DNA of 43,118 bases from IMG/VR virus record IMGVR_UViG_3300045988_069349. One strand, 5' to 3'. Both the position numbers and the translations under genes were made by a program. The notes under the pieces were generated by a model. That model worked only from the letters and a program-made list of their open reading frames with translations, ran no database searches and was not told the origin of the DNA. This DNA is from a virus. Positions within the stretch are counted from its first letter, which is position 1. Each line of letters opens with the position of its first letter. Positions 23,491 through 30,990 of this stretch are shown piece after piece.

Positions 23491-23935
23491 GGCTTTCTTC
23501 CTCCCAAGGCGTTTTTTTCGTTTCTTCCGCCGTCGGTTTTCTCAACCAGCAGCGCCAGCGGCTACCGTAATCTTCTGGCGGGAAATTATGCTTATCTGTA
23601 TATAACCGCGCACCATTCGGATAAAGAAATTGCACAAGCTCACCGTTGAAACCAATGGGAATTTCCTGAAAAATGTCGCTTTCTTTCGCAAATTTTACTT
23701 CCACCCACATCAACGTCATTTCTGGAAGGTCAGCGTATGTGGCAACCTCGTCGAAGGTCAGCACGCGGTTCTCCGGCTCTGCGCGGCGCATCGCCATTCG
23801 GAACGCCGATTCAGAATCAATGCCGATTGGCGAATCCCAGCCGCATTTCGTGCAGGCGTAGCAAAATGCGGCTTTACACAAATGCATCAACTCCATGTCA
23901 GCCCCGCATCCGGGGCACTTCGGTGTTTCACTCAT
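23483..23935 (-). CDS. Zinc-ribbon protein with a Lar-like N-terminus, paralogue B
   Basis: Internal start MSETPKCPGCGADMEL...CTKCGW...MRRAEPENRVLTF...YGSRWRCWLRKPTAEE. It has the same 8-nt ATGAGTGA overlap junction as paralogue A. Confidence 0.55.
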   Translation of the reverse strand: MSETPKCPGCGADMELMHLCKAAFCYACTKCGWDSPIGIDSESAFRMAMRRAEPENRVLTFDEVATYADLPEMTLMWVEVKFAKESDIFQEIPIGFNGELVQFLYPNGARLYTDKHNFPPEDYGSRWRCWLRKPTAEETKKTPWEEESHE

Positions 23936-24431
23936 GGCTCTCTTCCTCCATAAAACGCGGGTACTTATGTATGGGACATTCATTAACTGCAATGCAGCAC
24001 GCGGCAGAATCATCATTTTTGCATTTCAAACAAATGCACAACGGCTCATCTTCCAAACAGCGTTCGCTATGCTCAGCATCAAACGTGATTTCCAGACCCT
24101 TGAAATAATTTCCTTTCAGCGCACTGGCGCGGTTCAGGGCATTAAGGAAATCGCGCGTCTCCGGCAAATCCTTCACGGCCTCGAACATGGAAGATGCCCA
24201 GCCCTCCTGCAGCTCGTTATATTCGCGGATGTCCGCCTCTTCCTCTTTCAGCAGAGAAAGAATGTCGTTCTCGTTGAAAACCACATGAAATATGGCTGCA
24301 ATCCACGCACGGAAAGGCTTTTCCTGCCTAATCTGAAGATCATACTTCGATTTCGGAACGACAGCCGGATTATCCGCGTCCATCTGCACCAGCAGCATGT
24401 CGTTCTGCTTCAAATCACTAAACTTTTTCAT
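23928..24431 (-). CDS. Hypothetical protein
   Basis: 167-aa ORF with a Cys-rich C-terminus (CICLKCKNDDSAACCIAVNECPIH), ending EEESHE like paralogue B. Confidence 0.5.
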   Translation of the reverse strand: MKKFSDLKQNDMLLVQMDADNPAVVPKSKYDLQIRQEKPFRAWIAAIFHVVFNENDILSLLKEEEADIREYNELQEGWASSMFEAVKDLPETRDFLNALNRASALKGNYFKGLEITFDAEHSERCLEDEPLCICLKCKNDDSAACCIAVNECPIHKYPRFMEEESHE

Positions 24432-24663
24432 GTTCTTCCTCCATCATTCGGGCAAGCATTTCCCGCCCGTCAGTAGCCGTCAGCCGCGCGAAGTGGGCGG
24501 AGCAGAAGAAACTTTCACAATCGACAATCCTGCAATTTGCCGTATAATTATACGGCTCTTTTTTCAGTTTTCGATATGACCGCCGCCAATCTGCCGCCGC
24601 CAGCTTCACAATTCCGACGATAAGCCGCTTTGCGCCTTCGTCGCATATCTTCACGGCTTGCAT
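24418..24663 (-). CDS. Hypothetical protein
   Basis: 81-aa ORF. ATG 24663 follows the conserved GGAGGCGTGAAATG junction. Confidence 0.5.
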   Translation of the reverse strand: MQAVKICDEGAKRLIVGIVKLAAADWRRSYRKLKKEPYNYTANCRIVDCESFFCSAHFARLTATDGREMLARMMEEEHEKV

Positions 24664-24664
24664 T

Positions 24665-25054
24665 TCACGCCTCCATCTTCATCGGCAAAATAGACATATC
24701 ATAGCCGGATAGAATGAAGCGTCGCGTCTTTTCGTGATTGCGTGCGTTTCCAAGATGGGTGTATATATCGTCAAAATCCGCCTGAGAAAACTCGGTTTCC
24801 AAATAGCGATTAACCCCGTCCTGCATAAACCTTTGAAACGCCAGATTTGACTTGGCGGTTCGATACGGTTCTCCCTTGCTGGCCGCTCTTGATAGCCATT
24901 CAAGCACCTTGCACTTCACATCAAGCTCATCTCCGCAGGTGGATAAAGAGAAATACTCGTTTGCCTTTTCATGTGCAATAAATTCTCCGTTGTGATTGAT
25001 AAAGCTGCCCGGAAAGCAGTTCATCAGTCGAATGGCAACGTTTAGATCGAACAT
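24665..25054 (-). CDS. Hypothetical protein
   Basis: 129-aa ORF with the same conserved junction at its start. Confidence 0.55.
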   Translation of the reverse strand: MFDLNVAIRLMNCFPGSFINHNGEFIAHEKANEYFSLSTCGDELDVKCKVLEWLSRAASKGEPYRTAKSNLAFQRFMQDGVNRYLETEFSQADFDDIYTHLGNARNHEKTRRFILSGYDMSILPMKMEA

Positions 25055-25055
25055 T

Positions 25056-25328
25056 TCACGCCTCCATCATCATCTGCTGAAACCCCTTCTGTTCGGCTTT
25101 ACGCTCCGGCGGCTTGTCCGCTGCCTTCGGGAGTTCCGGCTTTTCCATCCAGAAGAGGACGTTGGTTTCGTCGATGATCGTGCTATAGAGGGCGGAGCGC
25201 CACGTCCCGCGCATCCGCTCCGCCTCCAGCGCATAACCCCAGCGGGTTTGAATAATCACCCGCTTGCCGTATGGCGGCAGGGTCTTCTTGTCTGCCGTGC
25301 TTGTCCACGGCGATTTCTCAACGGTCAT
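25056..25328 (-). CDS. Hypothetical protein
   Basis: 90-aa ORF, W-rich, ending MMMEA. Confidence 0.5.
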   Translation of the reverse strand: MTVEKSPWTSTADKKTLPPYGKRVIIQTRWGYALEAERMRGTWRSALYSTIIDETNVLFWMEKPELPKAADKPPERKAEQKGFQQMMMEA

Positions 25329-25467
25329 GCTTGCTGTCCGCCTCCATCCGTTCCCAATCCTTCAGATAAACCGCGCCCACGATGAAGGCGACCACGCCGA
25401 GGATGATGCCGCCAGCCAACAGGAAGCAAAAGCCAGTCAGCAGGATGTTCCAAATGCTCAAAATCAT
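25318..25467 (-). CDS. Small two-helix membrane protein
   Basis: MILSIWNILLTGFCFLLAGGIILGVVAFIVGAVYLKDWERME. The start overlaps the upstream stop (ATGA). Confidence 0.4.
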   Translation of the reverse strand: MILSIWNILLTGFCFLLAGGIILGVVAFIVGAVYLKDWERMEADSKHDR

Positions 25468-25601
25468 GTTTTCCCGTCCTTTCTTTGCTTGCGTGGGTCT
25501 TCGCAATAGATAACCTTGCCCTTGGCCGTACAGAGGGCGACGATTCGCCCCGGCCTTTTGTTGATCGTGTTTTTCCGCTCTTGGGGGGGCTTTTTCTTCA
25601 T
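25464..25601 (-). CDS. 45-aa basic protein (not in the ORF track)
   Basis: Manual translation: MKKKPPQERKNTINKRPGRIVALCTAKGKVIYCEDPRKQRKDGKT. SD GGGGGAAGG is upstream. Confidence 0.35.
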   Translation of the reverse strand: MKKKPPQERKNTINKRPGRIVALCTAKGKVIYCEDPRKQRKDGKT

Positions 25602-25614
25602 GCCGCCTTCCCCC

Positions 25615-25992
25615 TTAAACCTCCCGGATGCGGAGCTTGTGGAAATAAAGCATCATTTTCCGCTTGAGGATGTATTCTTTTGTCTTAAAGCCCTTCACGT
25701 CCTCGACCACATATTCGCCCGTGCGGTGGTCAATATAGGTAAAATCCGCAATGTAGGAAACAGGCGCTTCCACGCGCTTTCCCCTGTATTCTTGAGCAGG
25801 GAGCAGGGGAAACTTGACCTGACGTTGCAGCTCGCAGATTTCGCCGCTGCGCTCCAGAAGCTGCAATTCCTTCCATCGGATATATTCTTTCGAGGAATCA
25901 AAGGTCACGCCATCCACGACGACCTTCCTTGCCCCGTACTTGCTGGGCTTTGTGTCCTGCCCGTAATAAGCCTCCCATTCGTTTTTCTTCAT
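25615..25992 (-). CDS. DUF1064-like (VSR/Holliday-junction-resolvase-like nuclease fold) protein
   Basis: KYGARKVVVDGVTFDSSKEYIRWKELQLLERSGEICELQRQVKFPL... matches the DUF1064 pattern as I recall it. Confidence 0.6.
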   Translation of the reverse strand: MKKNEWEAYYGQDTKPSKYGARKVVVDGVTFDSSKEYIRWKELQLLERSGEICELQRQVKFPLLPAQEYRGKRVEAPVSYIADFTYIDHRTGEYVVEDVKGFKTKEYILKRKMMLYFHKLRIREV

Positions 25993-26915
25993 CCGTTATC
26001 ACCTTCCGTATAGAGATTTTTGATTTGCTCGACGGCTCGTTTGGCCGCAAAGCGCCCGTTTTCCGTGAGCTGACGCTGCCACGCGCCTTGAGACGGTGCC
26101 CAGCAAAAGCCCTCGGCCTTGAGGATGTCGCGCACGTCTGCATCCGGCTTATAAGAAAAGGAAAGCTGAATCCGCATGATGTCCGTATTCTCGACCACGA
26201 GCAGCCCGTCCACGCCCTCGACCGTGCTTTCCTTTGTGCCTTCTTCCTTGATGGCACTGATAGCCTCAATGCGCTTTTCAATCCGCCGAATTTCTGCGCC
26301 GTTGTTTTGCAGCTGATAGGGGGCAAAAGGCGCGGAGTTTGTACGCCACGGGCTGGTCATGGCCACCTTGAGCTTTTCAATTTGTTCCGTCGTAAGAAGA
26401 TCGCAGCCCTCCAGCGTCTTATGCTTGCGATAGAAGGCGTTCACGGCCTTCATGGTTTCCTGCGCTTCCCGCAGGTCTGCGAGCTTGCTTTCCAGCTTCA
26501 CCAGCACACCAGCGTCCCCGGCCTTGATGCCACCCGTTCCGATTTTGCAAATCTTGTCGAGCAGTTTGTCGATTTCCGCGCGTTTCTTCATGTGCGCATC
26601 CATCCGTGCGTTCTGCTTGGCCTTGCGTTTGGCGGAAACGCCATCTCCTCCGGCAATGAAAACGGAGGGGCAAAGCGTCCCGATTCGGCTCTCCGTGTTC
26701 ATCCATTCCGCCAGCTTCCGCGCGTATCTGTCCAGCAGCGCGTCGATGGCCTCAGCGTAATCCGGCTTGCGCTTCTTTTCACGCTCGGCCATTTCGGCGG
26801 CGAAATCGCACAGGCCGCGATATTCAAGGGTTTTCTCGCCCTTCTGATAGTCGCTCATCGACATCATTTCATGAGAGAGCCGCGCCGCGCTCTCGTCGAT
26901 AGAATAGTAATTCAT
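25989..26915 (-). CDS. Hypothetical protein with a DUF3560-like C-terminus
   Basis: 308 aa. The C-terminal VRDILKAEGFCWAPSQGAWQRQLTENG resembles the DUF3560 signature. Confidence 0.45.
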   Translation of the reverse strand: MNYYSIDESAARLSHEMMSMSDYQKGEKTLEYRGLCDFAAEMAEREKKRKPDYAEAIDALLDRYARKLAEWMNTESRIGTLCPSVFIAGGDGVSAKRKAKQNARMDAHMKKRAEIDKLLDKICKIGTGGIKAGDAGVLVKLESKLADLREAQETMKAVNAFYRKHKTLEGCDLLTTEQIEKLKVAMTSPWRTNSAPFAPYQLQNNGAEIRRIEKRIEAISAIKEEGTKESTVEGVDGLLVVENTDIMRIQLSFSYKPDADVRDILKAEGFCWAPSQGAWQRQLTENGRFAAKRAVEQIKNLYTEGDNG

Positions 26916-26922
26916 GCTTTCC

Positions 26923-27732
26923 TCACTTTCTCAGGTTGCAGCAGTCGCTTTTGTCGTGGTTCACGCACTCCCGCCAGTAGGCATAATGCTCGGTCACGTC
27001 CTCGCAGACGCTCACCTCGTCAAAGCCCGTCACGCGGGATAGATACTCAATCTTCTTTTCAAGCGGGAGATGGAGATATCCGGCATGCTTGACCGTCCAT
27101 TCCGAATAGTCGAGCGGCAGCCATTTCTTTATCCAGTGGTTCACCCGCAGGAACTCCACGATGATTTTGGGGCATTTGATGGCGTTCAGCCGCTCAAAAT
27201 CCACGAATTGGGGGAGATAAGGCGAAAGCCTCACGGCCACGTCATAGCCCGCCGCATGTAGCGCCTCGATGGCCGCGATGCGCCGTTCCGTGCTCACGGC
27301 CTTCTCGCAGGGAATCCACGTCGTCGTGATCTGGATGTGCGCCTTTTCCCTGTCGAGAATGTCCATGTACTCGCGAATCAGGTCGGATTTCGTCACAATC
27401 AGATAGCCGATGCCGTAGGCGTTGAGCAGCCGGAGGGTTTCGCGCGTCACCCGCGCCCGCTCCTCCAGCGGTTGGAAGCAATCGGTCATCCCGCCGAGGC
27501 GGATGATGGTGTCTTTCGGAATCTTCGCCATTTTCCGCTCAATCTTCCCGATATCCGCGACGGACGGCTCCACGCTGTTCCAAAGGTTTCGGAAGCTCAA
27601 AAGCGATTTGGCATAGCAGTATGAACAATCATGCTGGCAGCCGCAGCCGTATGTGTCCAGCCGCACGTTGTAACGGCACTTGCCGCCCTCGTTTCCGGCG
27701 ACTTCCTTGTAAAAACTCTTGAACTCTTTCAT
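26923..27732 (-). CDS. Radical SAM enzyme (SplB/COG1533-like)
   Basis: Start MKEFKSFYKEV. The CX3CX2C cluster motif is in LDTYGCGCQHDCSYCYAKS, compared with the YRGC.H.C.YCYAR type. TIM-barrel-like length of 269 aa. Confidence 0.7.
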   Translation of the reverse strand: MKEFKSFYKEVAGNEGGKCRYNVRLDTYGCGCQHDCSYCYAKSLLSFRNLWNSVEPSVADIGKIERKMAKIPKDTIIRLGGMTDCFQPLEERARVTRETLRLLNAYGIGYLIVTKSDLIREYMDILDREKAHIQITTTWIPCEKAVSTERRIAAIEALHAAGYDVAVRLSPYLPQFVDFERLNAIKCPKIIVEFLRVNHWIKKWLPLDYSEWTVKHAGYLHLPLEKKIEYLSRVTGFDEVSVCEDVTEHYAYWRECVNHDKSDCCNLRK

Positions 27733-27781
27733 GCGTCTTGACCCCTTTCTTTTTCTTGGGGTCAAAACGGTTATCTTCCAT

Positions 27782-28420
27782 TCACGGGTTTTCGCAGATA
27801 TCCACGATGTGCTCACATAGCGCCGCAGGAATGACGCTTCTTTCCTTGCTGCCCTTCAGCCCTTGGGTGCCTGTCCGGCTGCCCCTCGGCGCTCTTTCGT
27901 GGCAGGATGCGCCATTCTTGCATGGCGGCCTGAATCGTGGGGCAGGATGATTCGTCCAGATATCAGTCGGCTTCATTCGCTTGTCGCCATATTGGCAATA
28001 GGTGACGGTATATCGGGGGATGCCCTTCATCCATACCATTTTTCGCATCCCGCCGCGCGGGTTCTCGATGAACCAGAAGCGCGGCTTGAGCGCCCGTATC
28101 AGGTTGAGCACATGCTGGTCAACCTCATCGCAGAATTTCGCGTAATCGCTCACCGGGTCGAGGTTGCCCGTCTCCGGATTCTTCCGCCTGTGATGGCTGA
28201 TGGCGGCGATGCTGAACGTTGTACAGTCTGGACTTGCCCAAATCACATCAGGCCGCCCGAACCGCTCCAGAATCATGTCCGCCGTCACCGTGCTCACGTC
28301 GGCGCGGAGGCTGATGTTTTCAAAATTTTCTGACCATTCAATGCTGAACGTCTCATGTCCCCGCGCCTCAAATGCCTTGCTGATGCTTCGTGTCCCTGCA
28401 AATAGCTCCAATACTTTCAT
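27782..28420 (-). CDS. Minimal DNA cytosine-5 methyltransferase-like protein
   Basis: Start MKVLELFAGTRSISKAFEARG (motif I). DVIWASPDCTTFS (motif IV with P-D-C instead of P-C). FWFIENPRG (motif VI). QYGDKRMKPT (motif VIII-like). SVIPAALCEHI (motif X-like). Only ~45 aa lie where a TRD would be. Confidence 0.65.
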   Translation of the reverse strand: MKVLELFAGTRSISKAFEARGHETFSIEWSENFENISLRADVSTVTADMILERFGRPDVIWASPDCTTFSIAAISHHRRKNPETGNLDPVSDYAKFCDEVDQHVLNLIRALKPRFWFIENPRGGMRKMVWMKGIPRYTVTYCQYGDKRMKPTDIWTNHPAPRFRPPCKNGASCHERAPRGSRTGTQGLKGSKERSVIPAALCEHIVDICENP

Positions 28421-28471
28421 GGTTTCCGGCCTCCCTGTATGGTTTCCGGCCTCCCTGTATGGTTTCCGGCC
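28419..28471. repeat. 20-bp tandem repeat, 2.6 copies, at the 5' end of the MTase-like gene
   Basis: atggtttccggcctccctgt x2 plus atggtttccggcc. On the coding strand each unit carries GGGAGG-N10-AT(A/G). Only the last unit has ATG. Confidence 0.9.
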
Positions 28472-28502
28472 AGAAACGCCTATCTTCCAGCGCTGTCTGG
28501 TT

Positions 28503-28634
28503 TTAGCCCTCCAGCACATCCCGTCTGTAAGTTTCCATACATCCCTCACACACCCACTCGCCTTCAATGTAGAAGGCCGATTCATCCGTAATCATGCGGT
28601 CACACTCCACGCATACAGGCTTGTCCACGTTCAT
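28503..28634 (-). CDS. 43-aa zinc-ribbon ORF (not in the ORF track)
   Basis: Manual translation: MNVDKPVCVECDRMITDESAFYIEGEWVCEGCMETYRRDVLEG. The SD GGAGGG is too close to the ATG, so GTG at 28628 is possible. Confidence 0.35.
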   Translation of the reverse strand: MNVDKPVCVECDRMITDESAFYIEGEWVCEGCMETYRRDVLEG

Positions 28635-29109
28635 CCCTCCTTTCTTTTAGCCGCCGATGTCCTCCGATTTTCATGTTGCCGGAAATCGCCGCGAATCCGC
28701 ATACTTCCGAATCGCCGCGAACCCACACTTTTCCAGATACCGACGCGTGTTCATATACTCTGGCGTTACCGTGAATCCACGCAGTCCCGAAAATGTTCGC
28801 ATGCCCATAGCACCGTGCATGATCACAAACCCACGCCTCGCCGAACACCTGCGCCTCTCCGCTGACAATCGCGTTGTCGCACACAAGTCCGCTCTGATAG
28901 CACCGCGCGTTGTCGCAGACAATCGCTTCGTTGGTAATCCACGCGTTGCTCTCCTGCGCCAGATTCAGCTCATTTTCAACCCATCCGCCCAAATCACCCG
29001 GCTTGACGGTTTCGCCTGTGTCTAGCTCAAGCTCGATGAGCGCCCGGATGCGGTGTAGCGTCCGGCCTTCCCAGACGCGGGTTTCGTCTGTCAGCTCATA
29101 CTTTTTCAT
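28600..29109 (-). CDS. YdcK-like left-handed beta-helix (hexapeptide-repeat) protein
   Basis: MKKYELTDETRVWEGRTLHRIRAL...VKPGDLGGWVENELNLAQESNAWI followed by repeated A.V.G.A.V units. Confidence 0.55.
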   Translation of the reverse strand: MKKYELTDETRVWEGRTLHRIRALIELELDTGETVKPGDLGGWVENELNLAQESNAWITNEAIVCDNARCYQSGLVCDNAIVSGEAQVFGEAWVCDHARCYGHANIFGTAWIHGNARVYEHASVSGKVWVRGDSEVCGFAAISGNMKIGGHRRLKERRDERGQACMRGV

Positions 29110-29242
29110 ACATCGGCTTCCTTTCTTTTTCGTCCACGGTCTTGATGGTGAAATCCACCTTCACGCCCATCTGGTCGGCGTACAGGTTAGCCAGCACCGT
29201 CAAAATCTTTACCGCCAGTTGTTCTTTCCCGTTCCCGTCCAT
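29096..29242 (-). CDS. 48-aa hypothetical ORF (not in the ORF track)
   Basis: Manual translation: MDGNGKEQLAVKILTVLANLYADQMGVKVDFTIKTVDEKERKPMYEKV. SD AAAGGAG lies 7 nt upstream. Confidence 0.35.
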   Translation of the reverse strand: MDGNGKEQLAVKILTVLANLYADQMGVKVDFTIKTVDEKERKPMYEKV

Positions 29243-29262
29243 CTGGACGCTCCTTTCTGCCG

Positions 29263-30051
29263 TCAGCTCTTGCCAACAAACTTGTTGATGAAATAAACCT
29301 GCCCCTTGCCCGTCACCTTTGCCGTGCGGTTGATGGTGATGTGGCCGTCGGCGTGGGTGATGGTCGTTTCCTTGACCTCGAAGAGCTTCATTTCCATGCT
29401 CCGCTGGGTGGGGCTGTTATACGACGCGCCCTTCTGGCTGATGAGGTACTTGTTTTCCCGCAGCCATTGGAAAAGCCGCTTCTGGCCGATATCCACGCCG
29501 TTCTGTTTCAGCAGCTTGGCGAGGTCTCCGATGAGGATTGACGTTTTGCTCGCGCTGACCGCATCCGCGAAAAGTGCCTTCGGGTGCATGGCCTCGATTT
29601 GCTTCTCCTGCACCTCGATCTGCTTATCCCGCGCCGCAATCTTCCGCTGGGCGACCATCAAGGCGTTGGCCAGCAGCTCGTCGTCCGTCATGGTTTCCTG
29701 CCCGACGATGTAGCCGCCATTTTTGCGGATGCTGGGGATAACTTCGTGGGTAATCCAGCGCTTGAAGGCTTTCGCCTCCGGCTTCCGGCTGCCGAGTACC
29801 AAACTGTAAAGCCCCGGTTCATTGATAATGGAAACTTGGTCATTGCCTCTGCTGATGCCCTTAATTGAAATAAGGGCTTTTTCATCATCATCAAGGCGAC
29901 GGATTGTATTTGTCACCTGTCCGAGGTCAAGCGCTCTGCATACGTCAGCCGCCACAAACCACGGCTGGCCTTCCTTTGCAACCGTCCGCACCTGCCCAAA
30001 CTGGGCATTTTCAAAAACCTGCAATCCTTCCAAACTGTTCGCCTCCTGCAT
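29263..30051 (-). CDS. Antirepressor (BRO-N plus KilAC/ANT domains)
   Basis: LQVFENAQFGQVRTVAKEGQPWFVAADVCRALDL (BRO-N). C-terminal LIGDLAKLLKQNGVDIGQKRLFQWLRENKYL (KilAC). ATG 30051 lacks an SD. TTG at 30033 after GGAGG is an alternative start. Confidence 0.8.
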   Translation of the reverse strand: MQEANSLEGLQVFENAQFGQVRTVAKEGQPWFVAADVCRALDLGQVTNTIRRLDDDEKALISIKGISRGNDQVSIINEPGLYSLVLGSRKPEAKAFKRWITHEVIPSIRKNGGYIVGQETMTDDELLANALMVAQRKIAARDKQIEVQEKQIEAMHPKALFADAVSASKTSILIGDLAKLLKQNGVDIGQKRLFQWLRENKYLISQKGASYNSPTQRSMEMKLFEVKETTITHADGHITINRTAKVTGKGQVYFINKFVGKS

Positions 30052-30052
30052 T

Positions 30053-30067
30053 TTGCTTAAAGCACAA
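30053..30067. promoter_or_regulatory. Switch operator copy (between the cro-like and antirepressor genes)
   Basis: TTGCTTAAAGCACAA, a reverse-oriented near copy of TGTGCTTTAAGCACA. Confidence 0.45.
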
Positions 30068-30262
30068 TCAGTGTCTAAAAAAAATTAGATCGTTCACCGT
30101 GCAGCCATACAGGTCAGCGATGCGCTTGGACATCTCAATATCAGGCTTTGTCTTGTAATTTTCATAATTGGACAAGGTATTTCGATTGATATTGAGCGCC
30201 TTTGCCGCATCAGCCATTGTCATCTCGGCATTTACCCGAGCGGCTTTCAAAGTTACTTCCAT
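30068..30262 (-). CDS. Cro-like XRE-family HTH regulator
   Basis: MEVTLKAARVNAEMTMADAAKALNINRNTLSNYENYKTKPDIEMSKRIADLYGCTVNDLIF. SD AAGGAG lies 9 nt upstream of ATG 30262. The ORF-track start 30307 lies upstream of the predicted transcription start. Confidence 0.75.
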   Translation of the reverse strand: MEVTLKAARVNAEMTMADAAKALNINRNTLSNYENYKTKPDIEMSKRIADLYGCTVNDLIFFRH

Positions 30263-30287
30263 TTCTCTCATCTCCTTTTTGTGATTC

Positions 30288-30302
30288 TGTGCTTTAAGCA
30301 CA
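30288..30302. promoter_or_regulatory. Switch operator, best copy TGTGC-N5-GCACA
   Basis: TGTGCTTTAAGCACA, just downstream of the -10 of the leftward promoter. Confidence 0.6.
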
Positions 30303-30307
30303 ATCAC

Positions 30308-30336
30308 ATAATACTATTCTGAAATAATTTTGTCAA
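30308..30336 (-). promoter_or_regulatory. Early lytic promoter (cro-like operon)
   Basis: On the minus strand: TTGACA (rc 30331-30336), 17 nt, TATTAT (rc 30308-30313). Confidence 0.7.
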
Positions 30337-30338
30337 TA

Positions 30339-30349
30339 CTTTAAGCACA
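30339..30349. promoter_or_regulatory. Switch operator half/degenerate copy
   Basis: CTTTAAGCACA, with a degenerate left half. Confidence 0.4.
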
Positions 30350-30367
30350 ACTTTTTCGGCTTTTTTA

Positions 30368-30395
30368 TTGCTTTATTGTGCTTTAGGTGTATAAT
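30368..30395 (+). promoter_or_regulatory. Repressor-gene promoter
   Basis: TTGCTT (30368-30373), 16 nt, TATAAT (30390-30395). Confidence 0.65.
30376..30390. promoter_or_regulatory. Switch operator copy overlapping the repressor promoter
   Basis: TTGTGCTTTAGGTGT, with a degenerate right half. Confidence 0.45.
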
Positions 30396-30417
30396 ATTAG
30401 GTGAAGGAGGTGAACAC

Positions 30418-30774
30418 ATGGATAACAAAGACGTTTTCGCCCGAAATTTGAGAGAGTATATGCAGATCAAAAAAAAGAGCCGCCGGGAGGTATGCGACGA
30501 TCTCGGTTTCAGCTATTACACGTTTTCGGACTGGGTGAACGGGAAGAAATATCCGAGGATGGACAAGGTGGAAATGCTCGCCAATTATTTCGGAATCCAG
30601 AAATCCGACCTGATAGAAGAAAAGCCGCCGGAAGAGCAGCAAAAAAAGCCCGACGCAGACGAGGGGCTTTCCGACAATATGCGTGAGCTTATGGATTTTG
30701 TGCGGACTGTCCCGGAAGACAAGGCGGCGATGATTCTATCAGTAATTCGGACAATCGTGGAATCTGGAAAATAA
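30418..30774 (+). CDS. CI-like XRE-family repressor (no S24 peptidase domain)
   Basis: ATG 30418 after GAAGGAGG. MDNKDVFARNLREYMQIKKKSRREVCDDLGFSYYTFSDWVNGKKYPRMDKVEMLANYFGIQKSDLIEEK, followed by a short C-terminal helix domain. Confidence 0.75.
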   Translation: MDNKDVFARNLREYMQIKKKSRREVCDDLGFSYYTFSDWVNGKKYPRMDKVEMLANYFGIQKSDLIEEKPPEEQQKKPDADEGLSDNMRELMDFVRTVPEDKAAMILSVIRTIVESGK

Positions 30775-30878
30775 CCTTTTCCACCTGTTCGGGGGTTAGG
30801 GTTTGTATGTAAGATATAAGCTGGTCAATAGCGCTCATTTTGGGCTTGCCCCTTTCCGCTTGATTTTAGATAAAAAAT

Positions 30879-30907
30879 ATGATACACGCATAATTTTTGT
30901 CTTGCAA
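30879..30907 (-). promoter_or_regulatory. Candidate promoter firing toward the 3' end of the repressor gene
   Basis: On the minus strand: TTGCAA (30902-30907), 17 nt, TATCAT (rc 30879-30884). Confidence 0.4.
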
Positions 30908-30947
30908 TACGATTTCCTACATTCGTAATTTTCAGTTTTTGGGAAAA

Positions 30948-30990
30948 ATGCGGGAGCGCAGCAGCACCACCCGAACGCCCCCGCATTTCT
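30948..30990. terminator. Hairpin, possible bidirectional terminator downstream of the repressor gene
   Basis: ATGCGGGAGCG-17 nt-CGCCCCCGCAT (one A/C mismatch), with AAAAA on the 5' side and TTTCT on the 3' side. Confidence 0.4.
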
